Notes under the pieces: model-generated
What the model was told of the DNA's origin: nothing
Database searches by the model: none
Seen by the model: only the letters and a program-made list of their open reading frames with translations
Assembly: GCA_964016885.1 (NCBI GenBank)
Contig: OZ024746.1
Location: 76,880,001-76,944,000, forward strand
Reading direction: 5' to 3'
Source: Eledone cirrhosa
Lineage: Eukaryota
Length of the DNA stretch: 64,000 nt
Program-made: the position numbers and the translations under genes
Shown here: positions 40,067-52,775 of the stretch, piece after piece
How the letters are laid out: the number at the start of each line of letters is the position of its first letter
Position numbering within the stretch: position 1 is the first letter of the stretch

Positions 40067-40117
40067 GGCTTCTACAGGACTAGAACTGTTTCATTCGGAG
40101 GAAATCATCAGAAAGCC
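40067..40117 (-). ncRNA. Type I hammerhead ribozyme motif
   Basis: Minus strand: ggcttt-CTGATGA-t ttc ctcc gaa t-GAAA-cag ttctagtc ctG TA-gaagcc. All three helices can form and the cleavage site is GUA. Confidence 0.8.
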
Positions 40118-40420
40118 GACTGTCAATGTAAATTCCTGGTATTTATACATTTTGTCATGGTAAGGGAAGGGTAAGGGTGGGGGGTGGGAGAGGTCATGGT
40201 GGGATTAAAGGATGGGGGTACTTAGAAAAAACAAAACAAAATTTATTTAGAGAAAGAAGTTTAGTGGTAAGTTACAATTGAAATAAATACTTCCTTATTC
40301 TATAGTATTAAATATATATATATATATATAAAAAAAACATGAGAAGAAAGAAGAATACTGCGTGGTTGCACATGGGTTACATATGATAAAAATAGTCCTT
40401 CGTCAGTGATTTTCCAACCA

Positions 40421-40458
<38 letters not shown>

Positions 40459-41219
40459 AATAATGATGGCTGCGCGTTGCACATGGTGGGGCATATGAAA
40501 AAGTAGGTCCTTCATCAGTGACCCTCCAACCGTCCCAGGCATTTCATCGCTTTAAGGGCCATATGCCTCAGGTTGGTGCGAACAACGGCTAAAAAAAGTC
40601 GTTGGGACACGTAAACAAAGGGGACGCCAGGGTAACAAACAAAAAGGTTTAAGCAACGGAAAGTGAGAAGAAATAGACAAGTCCCAGATCTCTATGAATA
40701 TAAACTCGGTGAAATCGTGAACAAGAGACAAAAGACCATCAAACCTGGTTGAAATGTGAGCAAGGAAAGAATTTCGCACAAGTCTAACGGGGGGGGGAAA
40801 AAAGAGAAGAAGAAGAAGAAGAAGAAGAAGAAGAAGAAGAAGAAGAAGAAGAAGAAGAAGAAGAAGATAAAGGGGTCTGGTCTACGAATTCGGTAAACAT
40901 AAGTTTTGTGAAGTCGCAGACGAAAGAGAGAGAGAGAAAAAAATTTCCATACCAGCTTGGTCAAGACCGCGCGAGAAAAGAATTACACACAGGTCAAACT
41001 TGGAGGAGGAGGAGGAAAGAGGAGGAGGAGAGGTAATATATATTTCCCTGGATTTCACTAAATTCTGTTGGATAAATCTATATCCTGATTCTTTTTGAAT
41101 TGAGTTTGAATTATTTTTCCCACATCTTACGTGAACTATTTTCCCATTTTGACGCTATAGTCACTTATATTATGGAATACTGTTGGCTTCTTGCTACAAT
41201 ACTTTCTATACTTTTCATT

Positions 41220-41880
<661 letters not shown>

Positions 41881-42255
41881 TATATGGAAAGATTGTAGTT
41901 GTCAAGCGGATTGGTTAAAATTTGTTGTAAGCACAAATAAGTCTATCATGGCATTTGGTGGGAGGTAGGGGTGGCTGAACTTGCGCCCCTCTTCGACACG
42001 CACACACATATATATTGTTAAACAACGAAAGAATAAGACAAAATGAAGTAGTTAGTTAATCCATTGTTTTACGATCGTTTCAGAGAGCAAAATTATTAAT
42101 GTGAAGATCAAGCAATTGCTGTTATGCAACTCCATACCATTAGCCTATAAAACCACACCCATTCTGCTGTCTATCCTTTAGAGACAATATGCATGCATGT
42201 ATGCGTGTAGATATGTAAACATCTGTGTAACCATATAGTTATCTATATATTTATT

Positions 42256-42577
42256 GCAGATTTCATGAAGGTTCTGTCAAATTTATGTGTACAGCCGGCA
42301 AATATAGCTCTGCGTTTATCGTTTAAGCCTATTTTGTGTCACATTATCTCTAAAATTTCTAAACACCCCTTCCAACCCTCTAGGGATTGGTGGTTCGAAT
42401 TATCGACTAGGTTCAAAAACAGGAGTCAGCGCAAACATGTCTAAAATTTGAACCGCAAATCCCTGTACAATAGAGATTTTAGAGATAATGAGACACAAAA
42501 TAGACTCAATCAATAAACGTAGTAAAATATGAACTGACTGTATGCATACATTTGACAGAAACTTCATGAAATCTTCA
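42256..42577. repeat. Long imperfect inverted repeat (fold-back or MITE-like)
   Basis: agatttcatgaag.ttctgtcaaat...ctattttgtgtc.cattatctctaaaat pairs with attttagagataatgagacacaaaatag...atttgacagaaacttcatgaaatct. An inner pair agggatt..ggttc/gaacc..aatccct also matches. Confidence 0.8.
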
Positions 42578-43956
42578 ATCAAATCCTAAGAATCTTATAA
42601 AAATAGAAAATTTTAAAATACATTATCACCTAATAACTTTGAAAGTACTACCTCTTGTCTATAAATATGAATGCTGCATACATCTACACACACATACACA
42701 CAAGTATATGTGCACGTTTGCATAGTTATATATCTATCTATATCTATGTGCGTGAGCGTGTTTAAGTTTGTGTACATGAAAAACAAAGGACAAGATATCT
42801 TTGTGATTAGCTAACAGTTTTATAATACATACTAGCCTAGATAATTAACAAAGCCATTTAGTTTTCAATCGTTTTTCTGTATCTAATTGTTGTCCTTATG
42901 TTTTTTATTTTTTGCTTTTATTTTATTATGTTTATTCCTGTATTTTTATATTTTTGTGTCTTTGTTATTGTATTTTTAAATGTTGACTTCGCATCCAACC
43001 ATTTGTATCCAATGTGTCCAACATTATCCAATACAACGTACAATCTCTACCCCCCCTTTCCCTCTCTTCTAAGTATGTATACCACTTAGACATTGACTGA
43101 TGCTTGATCAACCTCGTTGAGTCACCTGACTAGAGGGTGTATGTTGTAAGGGCTGAAACACAGTGACTCCAGGACACAACATAGATTGCATGTTCAAGTA
43201 TTTGCACCCGTAGTTGGGTCAACTGGATGAGGGTAAATGTTATAAACCCCGAAACTTCCAGTGACTCCACTGATGATGTGTCCAAGGTTTGGCATCCGTG
43301 GATATGTTAAGTTTTTATTTAGATTTAAAAATTACGCCGTGACAAATACGAGAAAGAATAGATTTCCTACATCGCCTTTTCTGTGATTAACTTCAACGTC
43401 CAAAGCAGGAAATTCAAATGGAAAACAAACAAACAAAAGTAAAACACAACAACAATGAAACAATGGAAGAATGAAAATGGATCTTTTACAGATGTAAAGT
43501 GTATATAAAGAACTTCTGCAGAGGTACACGTTAGATTATTTTATTCTTGTACTGGATTTCAGTCATTAGATAGCAGCCATACTGGAGCACCAATCTGAAG
43601 GATTTAGCCGATCCTATATCGACCCGCAGCTCGTTTTTCTTTTCCAAGTCTGGTACTTATTTTATCGATCAAACAGTAAACGCAAATACATAAGGAGTCA
43701 GACGGACACATACTCACACGCACACGAGGAAGTTCCGTTCGTTGACCTGATGGCATTAGTTGTTTGTTTTATTTGTTGTCTTATGAACAACTTTATGGAA
43801 ATTAAATTAATTGATGGTGCTAGTGGGGAGGGGCTTTAAATATTTGGAAGAGAATTTGTTGGAATGAAATTTGTTGGAATGAAATTTGTTGAAATGAAAT
43901 TGGTTAAAAAAAACAGGGAAAAGGAAAAAATACCAAAGAAAAAAAGAAATGCTTAC

Positions 43957-44472
43957 CTGCCAACTTGGATCAGCCATCCGGTAGTAAACAAAGTTGTCCG
44001 TAATCCAGGAATATATAGCAGACAAAGTCATTTTGTTTGATGGGCTCGCTTTCATAGCCATACATATAAGAGCAGCATAGGAAAATGGAGGTTTTACACA
44101 AGAGTTTGTTTTGTAATCAATTGTTTGATGCTTATTTGCATTTTTGGAATTGTTTAGGTACATAAAACGGTTGTAATTTAGTCTAGAGTCTGATTCGCCA
44201 TCATCTTGAACAACCCGTAAAACTCCATTGTCCTCGGCCTCTTCTGATATTCCTCTACGTCCCATTGACGTAGTCAAAACCCGCGCCGATTCACAGTTTG
44301 GAGACGGCGACGGATTTGGTACCCGAAGAATCTTTAAGTTCTGAAGCCAGTTCAAACTGGTGAGACTATCGTCCAAATTGATTGAGCCGGTGTTGTAGGT
44401 GTCAGATGGATATTTGGATAACCAATTCTCACGCAGTTGTTTTGCCAAGTTACTCGTAGTATAAATAGGCAT
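43957..44472 (-). CDS. FoxJ1: FoxJ1 first coding exon
   Basis: ATG at 44472 ([18 protein letters not shown]) with an in-frame stop upstream. Contains the FoxJ1 motif [12 protein letters not shown] and forkhead [14 protein letters not shown]...ADPSWQ. The donor CAG|GTAAGC joins in phase 0 to NSIRHNLSL. An upstream acceptor tacatacag at 44551 implies a non-coding exon further 5'. Confidence 0.92.
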
Positions 44473-44666
44473 TTTGAGAGTTGAAAGCACTCCGGTGTCC
44501 AGGAGAGCCTCACTACGGTCCGAGGAAACACCCTCCACGGTTTATTCTGCCTGTATGTAAAAATAGAAAATAAAAATATTGTGATTTCCTTAAATAAACA
44601 ACAGGAGGTGTTATAACTCATTAGAGAATAGGTAATTGTATCAATTCATTATTTTATTGTTACTTA

Positions 44667-44851
44667 GGGCGGGGGATTGGCAGTATCAGTAGAAGGTCGG
44701 ACGCCATGCTTTCCAGCATAGTTACGTCCCTTTACGGTCTGAGTTCAAATCCCGCCAAAGTTAACTTTGCCTTTCATCCTTACGGGGTAGATAAAATAAA
44801 GTACCAGTAATGCACTGGGTAATTGCTGGCCTTGTGCCAAAAGTAGAAACA
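44667..44851 (+). mobile_element. Nin-domain tRNA SINE with 19-bp TSD
   Basis: The TSD attatttta(t/c)tgttactta is at 44648-44666 and 44852-44870. Confidence 0.88.
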
Positions 44852-45409
44852 ATTATTTTACTGTTACTTATCGACCTCACAAAAGAAGGAAAGTCAAGCT
44901 GGCAAAATTTAAATTCTGTACAGTATTACGCTAAATTCTGAAAGCCCAAGGGGTTGGGGACTGCTGTTAAGGTCAACTATACAGTCACCCAGGACGCTGA
45001 CGTCAAATAAGTACATTACTAAACCTTAAAGGATCACAGTTTTATACACATTTGTCCAATTATATCAAATATATAATTTCTTGTGATCAATAAATAAATC
45101 GCCGAACATCTTTGTAGCGTTATGGAAATATCTAAAGTAGTGGAGAAAGTCGTAAGGTGTTATGTCATATCAAGTGATTTGGCGTAGATGAGTGTAGACT
45201 GTGTAGTGGAAAATGCAGGCGTAGTAAGTTTCTTAGTGTATCAGAGAAAGAAGTGTCAAAAACCAGGTTTGTTAGTTTGCTAAACTGTAAGTTGAAATTA
45301 TTTTATTTGAGAGAATGGGATGCACATTGTAGGGCTAACCTTGGGTGCTTAAATATTCAGGTGTCGGCTCTGCATACACACACGCACAATATATATATAT
45401 ATATATATA

Positions 45410-45503
45410 TAGTGAAACCTCGGTTCACGAACTTAATTCGTTTTCTGAAGTCCGTTCGTCATCCGAATGTTCGTAAACCGAAACTATTTTCTTATACGCA
45501 ATG

Positions 45504-45560
<57 letters not shown>

Positions 45561-45752
45561 CTGTGTGTGAAAGACAGCATAGTAGCTAACTACGCAGCAA
45601 GTGACACTTTCTCGCCGATACTCCCACCTTGTTACAAACCGTTGTTGCCGGCTTGCGTGTTCGTTACTCGAGACACCATTCGTCAACTGAGACGTTTTAT
45701 GTTCGGAAAAATTGTTCGTGATGAGAGGCGTTCGTGAACCGAGGTTCCACTG
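45410..45752. mobile_element. Tigger/pogo-type MITE
   Basis: TIRs are agtgaaacctcggttcacgaac and gttcgtgaaccgaggttccactg, with TA flanks. Confidence 0.8.
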
Positions 45753-46693
45753 TATATACAAATGGACACATGCATAAAACATGCAACATCTCATAAATAA
45801 ACACATCGCTAATGCAGGTAGCAATAAATACCTCGTTAAAATAGTTATCAAGTCATTGGATGAATTTAGAAAAAAAAGCGACCTTGTGAAATACATTTAA
45901 GTATCAATAAGTCCGAACTACTTAGCTGTAAATAGGTTCAGCGGCTCACTGCTAATCAAATGTTTTCACAAATGTTTCATTAGCTTCCACTGTTGATTTT
46001 ATATACGCCGAAGGTCAAAAAACCTGTTCAGATACTGGTACTCCTATCCCGGAGAAGGCGTCCCTCAAGACCATAAATACTGGTATATGTTCTAACGTAT
46101 CCCATAACCAACTATACATAAACACCAGGGTCGGATCGTATTATACACAAGGATGTAATTCATTCCCGTTTAGCTTTTTTTTTTAGCTCGAGAAACAAGG
46201 GTCGTCTTATACTCAAAGAAATACCGTAATTATGGAACGAAACCAAAGACACAATCGAAATCTTTACCGTTAGCCATAGTAATATGCCATGTGTATTTGT
46301 ATATATATTTTTATACGTACTTGTCAATAACTCTTTAAAATTTACACCCACACGAACTTAGATAGTGCATTTCCTATCTCAGTCATATTGTTGCAATAGG
46401 ATGGTCTTAGCTTCTAACCCTTCATTTGTTCCGGTAAATGGGTATTTCTCCAAAACTCTTTATATGCTTAATCTTGTATGCCATTTGTACATATACGTTA
46501 AACATTTATGTAATTATATCCTAGAAATAAATATCATTCTTATCTTTCTTTAATCACGTTCTCGTGTCAATAAACAATATAAACTATTGGGTTTCTTTTA
46601 TATAAATTATTAATTTATCAAAACACAAATTCTCCAGTTTGTATGATTGTTCATATATCCGGTAATGTTGGCATATATGCTACACCAATAATG

Positions 46694-46908
46694 GTTTCTT
46701 ATATAGGCACAAGGCCAGCAATTTGGGAGGAGGAGAAAGTCGATTAGATCGACCCAAGTGCGTGACTGGTACTTTATTTTATCGACCCTGTATTGATGAA
46801 AGGCAAAGTAAACCTCGACGGGATTTGAACTCAGGTCATAAAAGGTCGTAACTCTATGCTGCAAAGCATGACGTCCGAGCCTCTACCGACACTGCCAATC
46901 TACCGCCC
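46694..46908 (-). mobile_element. Nin-domain tRNA SINE
   Basis: Same core as other copies, flanked by a ccaataatg duplication. Confidence 0.85.
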
Positions 46909-47375
46909 TGCCAATAATGAACTTAAAAAATTAAATACGTTCAACGCTGTTGCCGTCATCATTGACGACTCGAGTCCACTAGTAATGAAATAGTTTTGAT
47001 TGATGCTTTCAACAAGCTTAACTATAGAACGTAACCAAAGACATGATGGAAATAACTACCGCAAGGTATTCTATCCAATACTCTAACGACTGTTAATTTG
47101 CTAGATAATCTAAAGATCTTCACGTCCATAAAATAGTTATTTGTGAAAGTCATTTCGACTTTCAAATTACAAACACATTTTATTCAATGCAGGAATGTGT
47201 GTGAGAGAGAGAGAGAGAGAGAGTGTGTGTGTTTGTGTGTGAGAGAGAGAGAGTGTGTGTGTTTGTGTGTAGTGAGTTCCAATTTCTGTGTACTGAAAAA
47301 TGATCAAGTACATATCTCACTCCCACTCAAATCTGTATTGTCCGTCATATTTATTACCTGACAAAATACTCAGAT

Positions 47376-47389
47376 GTTGCCTTGGCAAT
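47376..47389. promoter_or_regulatory. Candidate RFX X-box upstream of FoxJ1
   Basis: GTTGCCTTGGCAAT matches the palindromic X-box GTTGCCATGGCAAC at 12 of 14 positions. A minus-strand donor-like CAG|GTAATA lies at 47360-47352. Confidence 0.5.
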
Positions 47390-48746
47390 ACCCTAGTTTA
47401 CATACCCAGCAGCGGTAGCAGTAATGTGCTTTATCTACTGTTGTGTATGGGATGTCCCAAATAACCCCACTCTGAAGATAGTTTCTTGGTATTTAGTTGT
47501 TCTTTATTGGTGCTGCTACCGGCGGCGAATAGGCAGGCTCGTTAGAACACCAGATAGAATACTTTGCGCTATTCATTCTGGTTCTTTGTGCTCTAAGAGT
47601 TCAAATCCCACCGAGGTCAACATTACTTTTCATTCTTTAGAGGTCGACAAAAAGAGTACCAGCCCAGCTGGTACATATAACAATAAGAGTTAAAAAAAAA
47701 ATTGAATAATAAACAGGAAGGGACAAAAATGAGAAAAGAGGGGAGGGAGACACGAGAAAAAATTTCAATAAAAGAAAAAAAAAGGAGAGGTGGCAAACTC
47801 TACACAGTCGCGGACAAGATGGTGAGGGCGTTGCTGTGGAGAACGGCCAGCGATATCCACAAAATCAACCGTTCCACCTCATGACACCCCTTCCTCGGGT
47901 ATGATGGTCCTCATCCCGATATAGCGGAGGAAAACGTTAGCCCGGGGATCGATGTTGTTTATCCTCAGGTTCATCCTGACTCAGCAAACCTATTATCAAA
48001 AACCTCCCAGCCATGATCTCACCCTTTTGGGTTATTTTATTTTATTTTTGTCTGTTTCCCAGCATACTTTATCTACGGTGAAGCTGCTTAGTGGTCAGGG
48101 TGTTCGGCTTATGATTGTAAGGGCGCGAGTTCGATTTCCGGCGGCGCTTTGTGTCCTTGAACAAAACATTTTTTTTTTCACGTTGCTCAAGCCCAAATAA
48201 ATTGTACATGTAATTCAAAGGGTCAACTTTGTGCCGGTGGAATCCTCAACCACTAGCAGGCTGATCCTCCGTTGTTCGAACAACTAGAACAGTTGTCGTT
48301 GGTTCCGATTGAGATCTCAAAATACACACATTGTAATTTAAAAAAAAAATGTTTGTTTTTATTAACTATTGGATCCACACTGTCAACAATGGCGGCAATA
48401 GCGTTGAACGTATTTAACTTTCTTTAGTTCAGGATTACTAGATATATGAACAATCATACAAAACTTGCGTTTTGATAAATTAATGGGTTACATAAGAAAA
48501 ACTTAGCTTATGTTGATTACTGACACGTGCAATTGATTAAAGATAAGAATGACGATTTAATAATTTATTTCTAGGAGAGAATTGCATAACTGTACGAATG
48601 ACATACAAGATTAAATGTTTGAGTAACTTGGGAGAAATAACTATTTACGCGGACAAATGCAGGGTTAGAAGTGAGGACCTTGTGGTTGGAAAGCAAACTT
48701 CTTAGTGTAGCAACATGACTGAGATAGGAAATGTATTATGTAGATA

Positions 48747-48777
<31 letters not shown>

Positions 48778-49212
48778 TTCTATCTGTAAAATTTCAAGAA
48801 TTAGTTTTTTCGTTGTTTTTGGTATTGTGTGGCTAGATCTACCTGCCGCAATTTTCAATTTGTCAAGCTGTCTAAACGTATGTTATTACTCTAAGGCTTA
48901 CTACTACCTTATTGAGTGCTTTGCTGCTCATTCCTAATTATAGGTCGTTAGCTTGGCCACAGCCAAAGCTTCGATTTTACTAATCTTCCATTTGTGTGTG
49001 TATATATATATATATATTATATATATATATATATATAAATAGAGAGAGAGAGAGAGAGTCTGTGGTGCTGAGACCGGGGAGATCACTAATCATGGGAGTA
49101 CTCAATGCATGGGGGAATTCAGAGTGGGTATATAGATATGTAAAATTTTGCCCGCGGCGACAAGCGGTTTCGGCTTGGCGCCGCAGTCGGGATTTTACAT
49201 CTCTCTCTTTCT

Positions 49213-49249
<37 letters not shown>

Positions 49250-51338
49250 AATATAAATTATCGAGAATCGCATTTCGGCCCACGAAATAACGAAAAACAA
49301 CCTCCGAGATGTGTGGCAAGTGCTCAATGATTCAGATGAACCAGAGCTACAACAAACGCTAAAGGCCAAACACACTGAGACGATGGTTAAATAATCATTC
49401 GCATAGCCAAAAAAACGATCAAGTAATTCGGGTCAAACAACTAAAAAATATCTGTGATTGAAAATTTACATATATGCACACAAACAAATATTGTGCATTA
49501 TGGTTGATATATATTTGCTGTTACTTTTGATATCTCATTTAGTCAATGTAAATCAGTGTATTTTTTCTTTTGAATTTCGACTTTGCTCTTCCACACGAAA
49601 GAAATCTTTAGTACTATTTAAGTACTGGGTCGATTTAATTAATTTCACCTTCTTCCTTTATTGCTGACTTTATGCCTAAATTAGAAACCATTAGCATCAG
49701 AGCGGTGTTTATTCTGGCTTTTTACGAGTTCAAATTCCACCAAGGTTAACATTGCTTTTCATCTTTCCAGGGTCGATAAAATAAAGTACCAATTGATTAC
49801 TGGAGTCGATATAATCGACTCCCCCTACCCCAAATTGTACTGTGAACTGTGTAGTGAAAAATACAGGATTAACAATTTTCTTAGTTTAGTCAGGACAAGA
49901 AGTGTCTAAAACTAAGTTTGTTTGATTGCCAAACTGTAAGTTGAAATTTCATTTGGGAGAATTGAGCGCACATTGTAGAGCTAGTCTATGGCGCTAAATA
50001 TCCAGTCGAAGGCCCTGTGTTTTGGCATGATACAGAGCATGAGATCTCAGTTTTCAGGTGTAAACAAGGATAGTCACATCAGCAAGTTTCTTTAGTTCAG
50101 AAAGTTAACCCTTACTTCATTTCACAGTTTAGCAAATAACTCCGTATTTTTGCACAGGGAAATTTCATACTACATTGTCTCAGATCACCTGTCTGTGAAG
50201 AATATGTAAGTAAAGCGGAAAAATTACTTATGATAAATTACCGCCGTATCCAGGGGGGTATATATCTCGCATCTGATTCACTTCATAGAAACCAGAGTTT
50301 AAAATATTGGCAGGATTTGAGCCAAGAACGCAAAGGATCGTAAATAATTCCGCAAAAGGAGAGCAAGAGACGCTCTACCGATCCTACCAATACACCACCT
50401 CTGTAGTGATTTCTAATTTAGGCACAAAGCCAGCAATTTTGGGGGTAGGGGAAAGTCGGTTATAATCGACTTCAGTACTTCTGACCCCGGAAAGAGGAAA
50501 AGCAAAGTGGACCTCGGTAAGATTTGAACTTAGGATGTAAAGAGCCATAATTAAATACCACAAGGCATTTTGTCCGCCTGCCTACCCTACCTGCCAACCA
50601 CCCGCCTTACTTTCCCCACTCCTTAACAATAATTTCTTAATTAAGAACAAGGCCAGTAACTTGGGGGAGAGGAAAGTAGATTAAATCGACCCCCCCCCCC
50701 CCTAGTCCCCAGTAATTGACAAGTACATTATTTTATCGATCTAGGACGGATCCATTGCTTTAACAATTTTGCTACTCAACAACAACTACTACTATTACGT
50801 ACAACTGGGAGAACATGTCCACCGTTTAGGACCAAATCAAGAGAAGAGAACAACTATTTACAACAGCGGATTAGTGTCATATCTGAAGTAGAGCGAACAA
50901 ACATATTTAGAAGTGAAGAGAATAAACAGTAGCTGGCACATAACACTCAGGTGATGTTATGGTTATATTTTACTATAAGGCGGCCAAGTCGTTAGAACGT
51001 CGGATACAATGCTTCGCAGTATTCGTTTCGGTTATTTTTGCTCCGAGTTTCAAACTTTGCCTTTCATCCTTTCGCAGTCGATAAATAAAGCACCAGTCCA
51101 CTACTGGGGTTGACTCTTCCTTTATATCTCTTTCTCACCCCACCCCTCTCTCTCGTTCAGTTCTGGACAGTGATGGGCTCTGACAGATTCAAATGTCTAT
51201 GACACACCGTATATAACAACAGTGCCCCTATGATTCCATCAGAAGTTAATGGCTCACGGAAAAGTGCTACACACACACACATACTCTTTTACCTGTTTCA
51301 GCCACCCGGCTGAGGCCATGCTGGGGCACCGCCCACAT

Positions 51339-51613
51339 ATAAAAGAGAAAACACAGGTAAGCATTAAGAGAAGGATTTTATCCAGGTATTTACGACCGTT
51401 TCATTGGTAAGTGCAGCCACTCAATTATAATTGTTGTTCACAGTCCAAATTTTCAAAATAGACTATTTTGAAAATTTGGACTGTGAACAACAATTATAAT
51501 TGAGTGGCTGCTATTTGCAGTATAGCAATATAAGGTTGCACTTACCAATGAAACGGTCGTAAATACCTGGATAAAATCCTTCTCTTAATGCTTACCTGTG
51601 TTTTCTCTTTTAT
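51339..51613. repeat. Near-perfect palindrome of about 275 bp containing the 3' half of a hammerhead in each arm
   Basis: The arms are reverse complements except for about 27 extra nt in the right arm. The centre is aaaatag-a-ctatttt. GAAA-cggtc-GTA lies at about 51550. Confidence 0.9.
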
Positions 51614-51743
51614 TCTTTATACTCCAAGATTGAACGGAATTCTTACAAACTTGTGGAGTTACCCCTAACCGTACGTTGAAACCTTCCATGAAACTGGCTT
51701 TCTTAACCAAGAACTGGATCACAATAAGCAATATTTTGCTTCT

Positions 51744-51797
<54 letters not shown>

Positions 51798-51932
51798 CTA
51801 CCAAACTTATATATGTCATGTCTGAGAAAATCACTTGCACCATATCACCTGTAGTCAAAGCTCAAAGATTCTAATGAATAGATTCAATAATTTATTAAAA
51901 ATTAAAATTCGATTGACATATATATATATCTA

Positions 51933-51967
<35 letters not shown>

Positions 51968-52339
51968 ATATATATATATATAAAAAGACATGTCAAACAT
52001 TGACAAAGGATAATTTGTAAAGAGTGTAAAAACACATAGTTTCAGAGGTATCATATTAAAATTTAACGCAAACTTCATATATATATCTAAAGTCTGTCTT
52101 AAGGCAGAAGGCTCATTTGGCCGGTGCTTTTCCCGGTTTCATGGCGTGAAGCGACTGAGAGTACAAGACTCCCCCCTGGACAGGACGCCAGTCCATCGCA
52201 TGGTTAAATCCCCAGCTATTGCTGGTACTCATTTTTAGTTGAGTATACTGGAGCAACGTTTTGCTCAAGAACACAACACGCAACCCAGGAATCGAACCCA
52301 CGTGCCTCCACTCATATATATATATACCGGGCGATAATA

Positions 52340-52395
<56 letters not shown>

Positions 52396-52545
52396 ATACT
52401 TTGGGAGGGTCATGTTGCCAATAAGAAACACACGCACCAGTTGCTTTCACTTCAGTTTATTATATATTTATAAATTTACAAATTTATAAATTTATAAATT
52501 TCTGGTTGGTTGGTTGGTTCCACAACCAGATAGTTGTTTATATAT

Positions 52546-52590
52546 AGTCATAGCCCTTTCGTCACACATTCTGTGACCTCTTCAGTGACT
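52546..52590 (-). ncRNA. Minimal hammerhead ribozyme motif
   Basis: Minus strand: agtca-CTGAAGA-g gtcaca gaatg tgtgac-GAAA-ggg CTA-tgact. Confidence 0.7.
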
Positions 52591-52718
52591 GGGGATTCCT
52601 TTCTTTGTTTCTGTGCCTCTCCTTTTTTGTTCTGTCCTACGCCATTTTCAAAGTATAACAATATCGGTTTCAACACACGATTTCAGATAAAGAATCTTGC
52701 TAAACAAATTCAGAAACG

Positions 52719-52775
<57 letters not shown>

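Noticed and set aside
43807-43956. C-terminal tail VSISFFLW... of ORF 43807-44538
   Set aside because: It is intron read-through past the CAG|GTAAGC donor.
44473-44538. GTG-initiated N-terminal extension of FoxJ1 given by the ORF track
   Set aside because: This is a eukaryotic gene. The first ATG (44472) directly precedes the conserved N-terminal region, so the extension is better read as 5' UTR.
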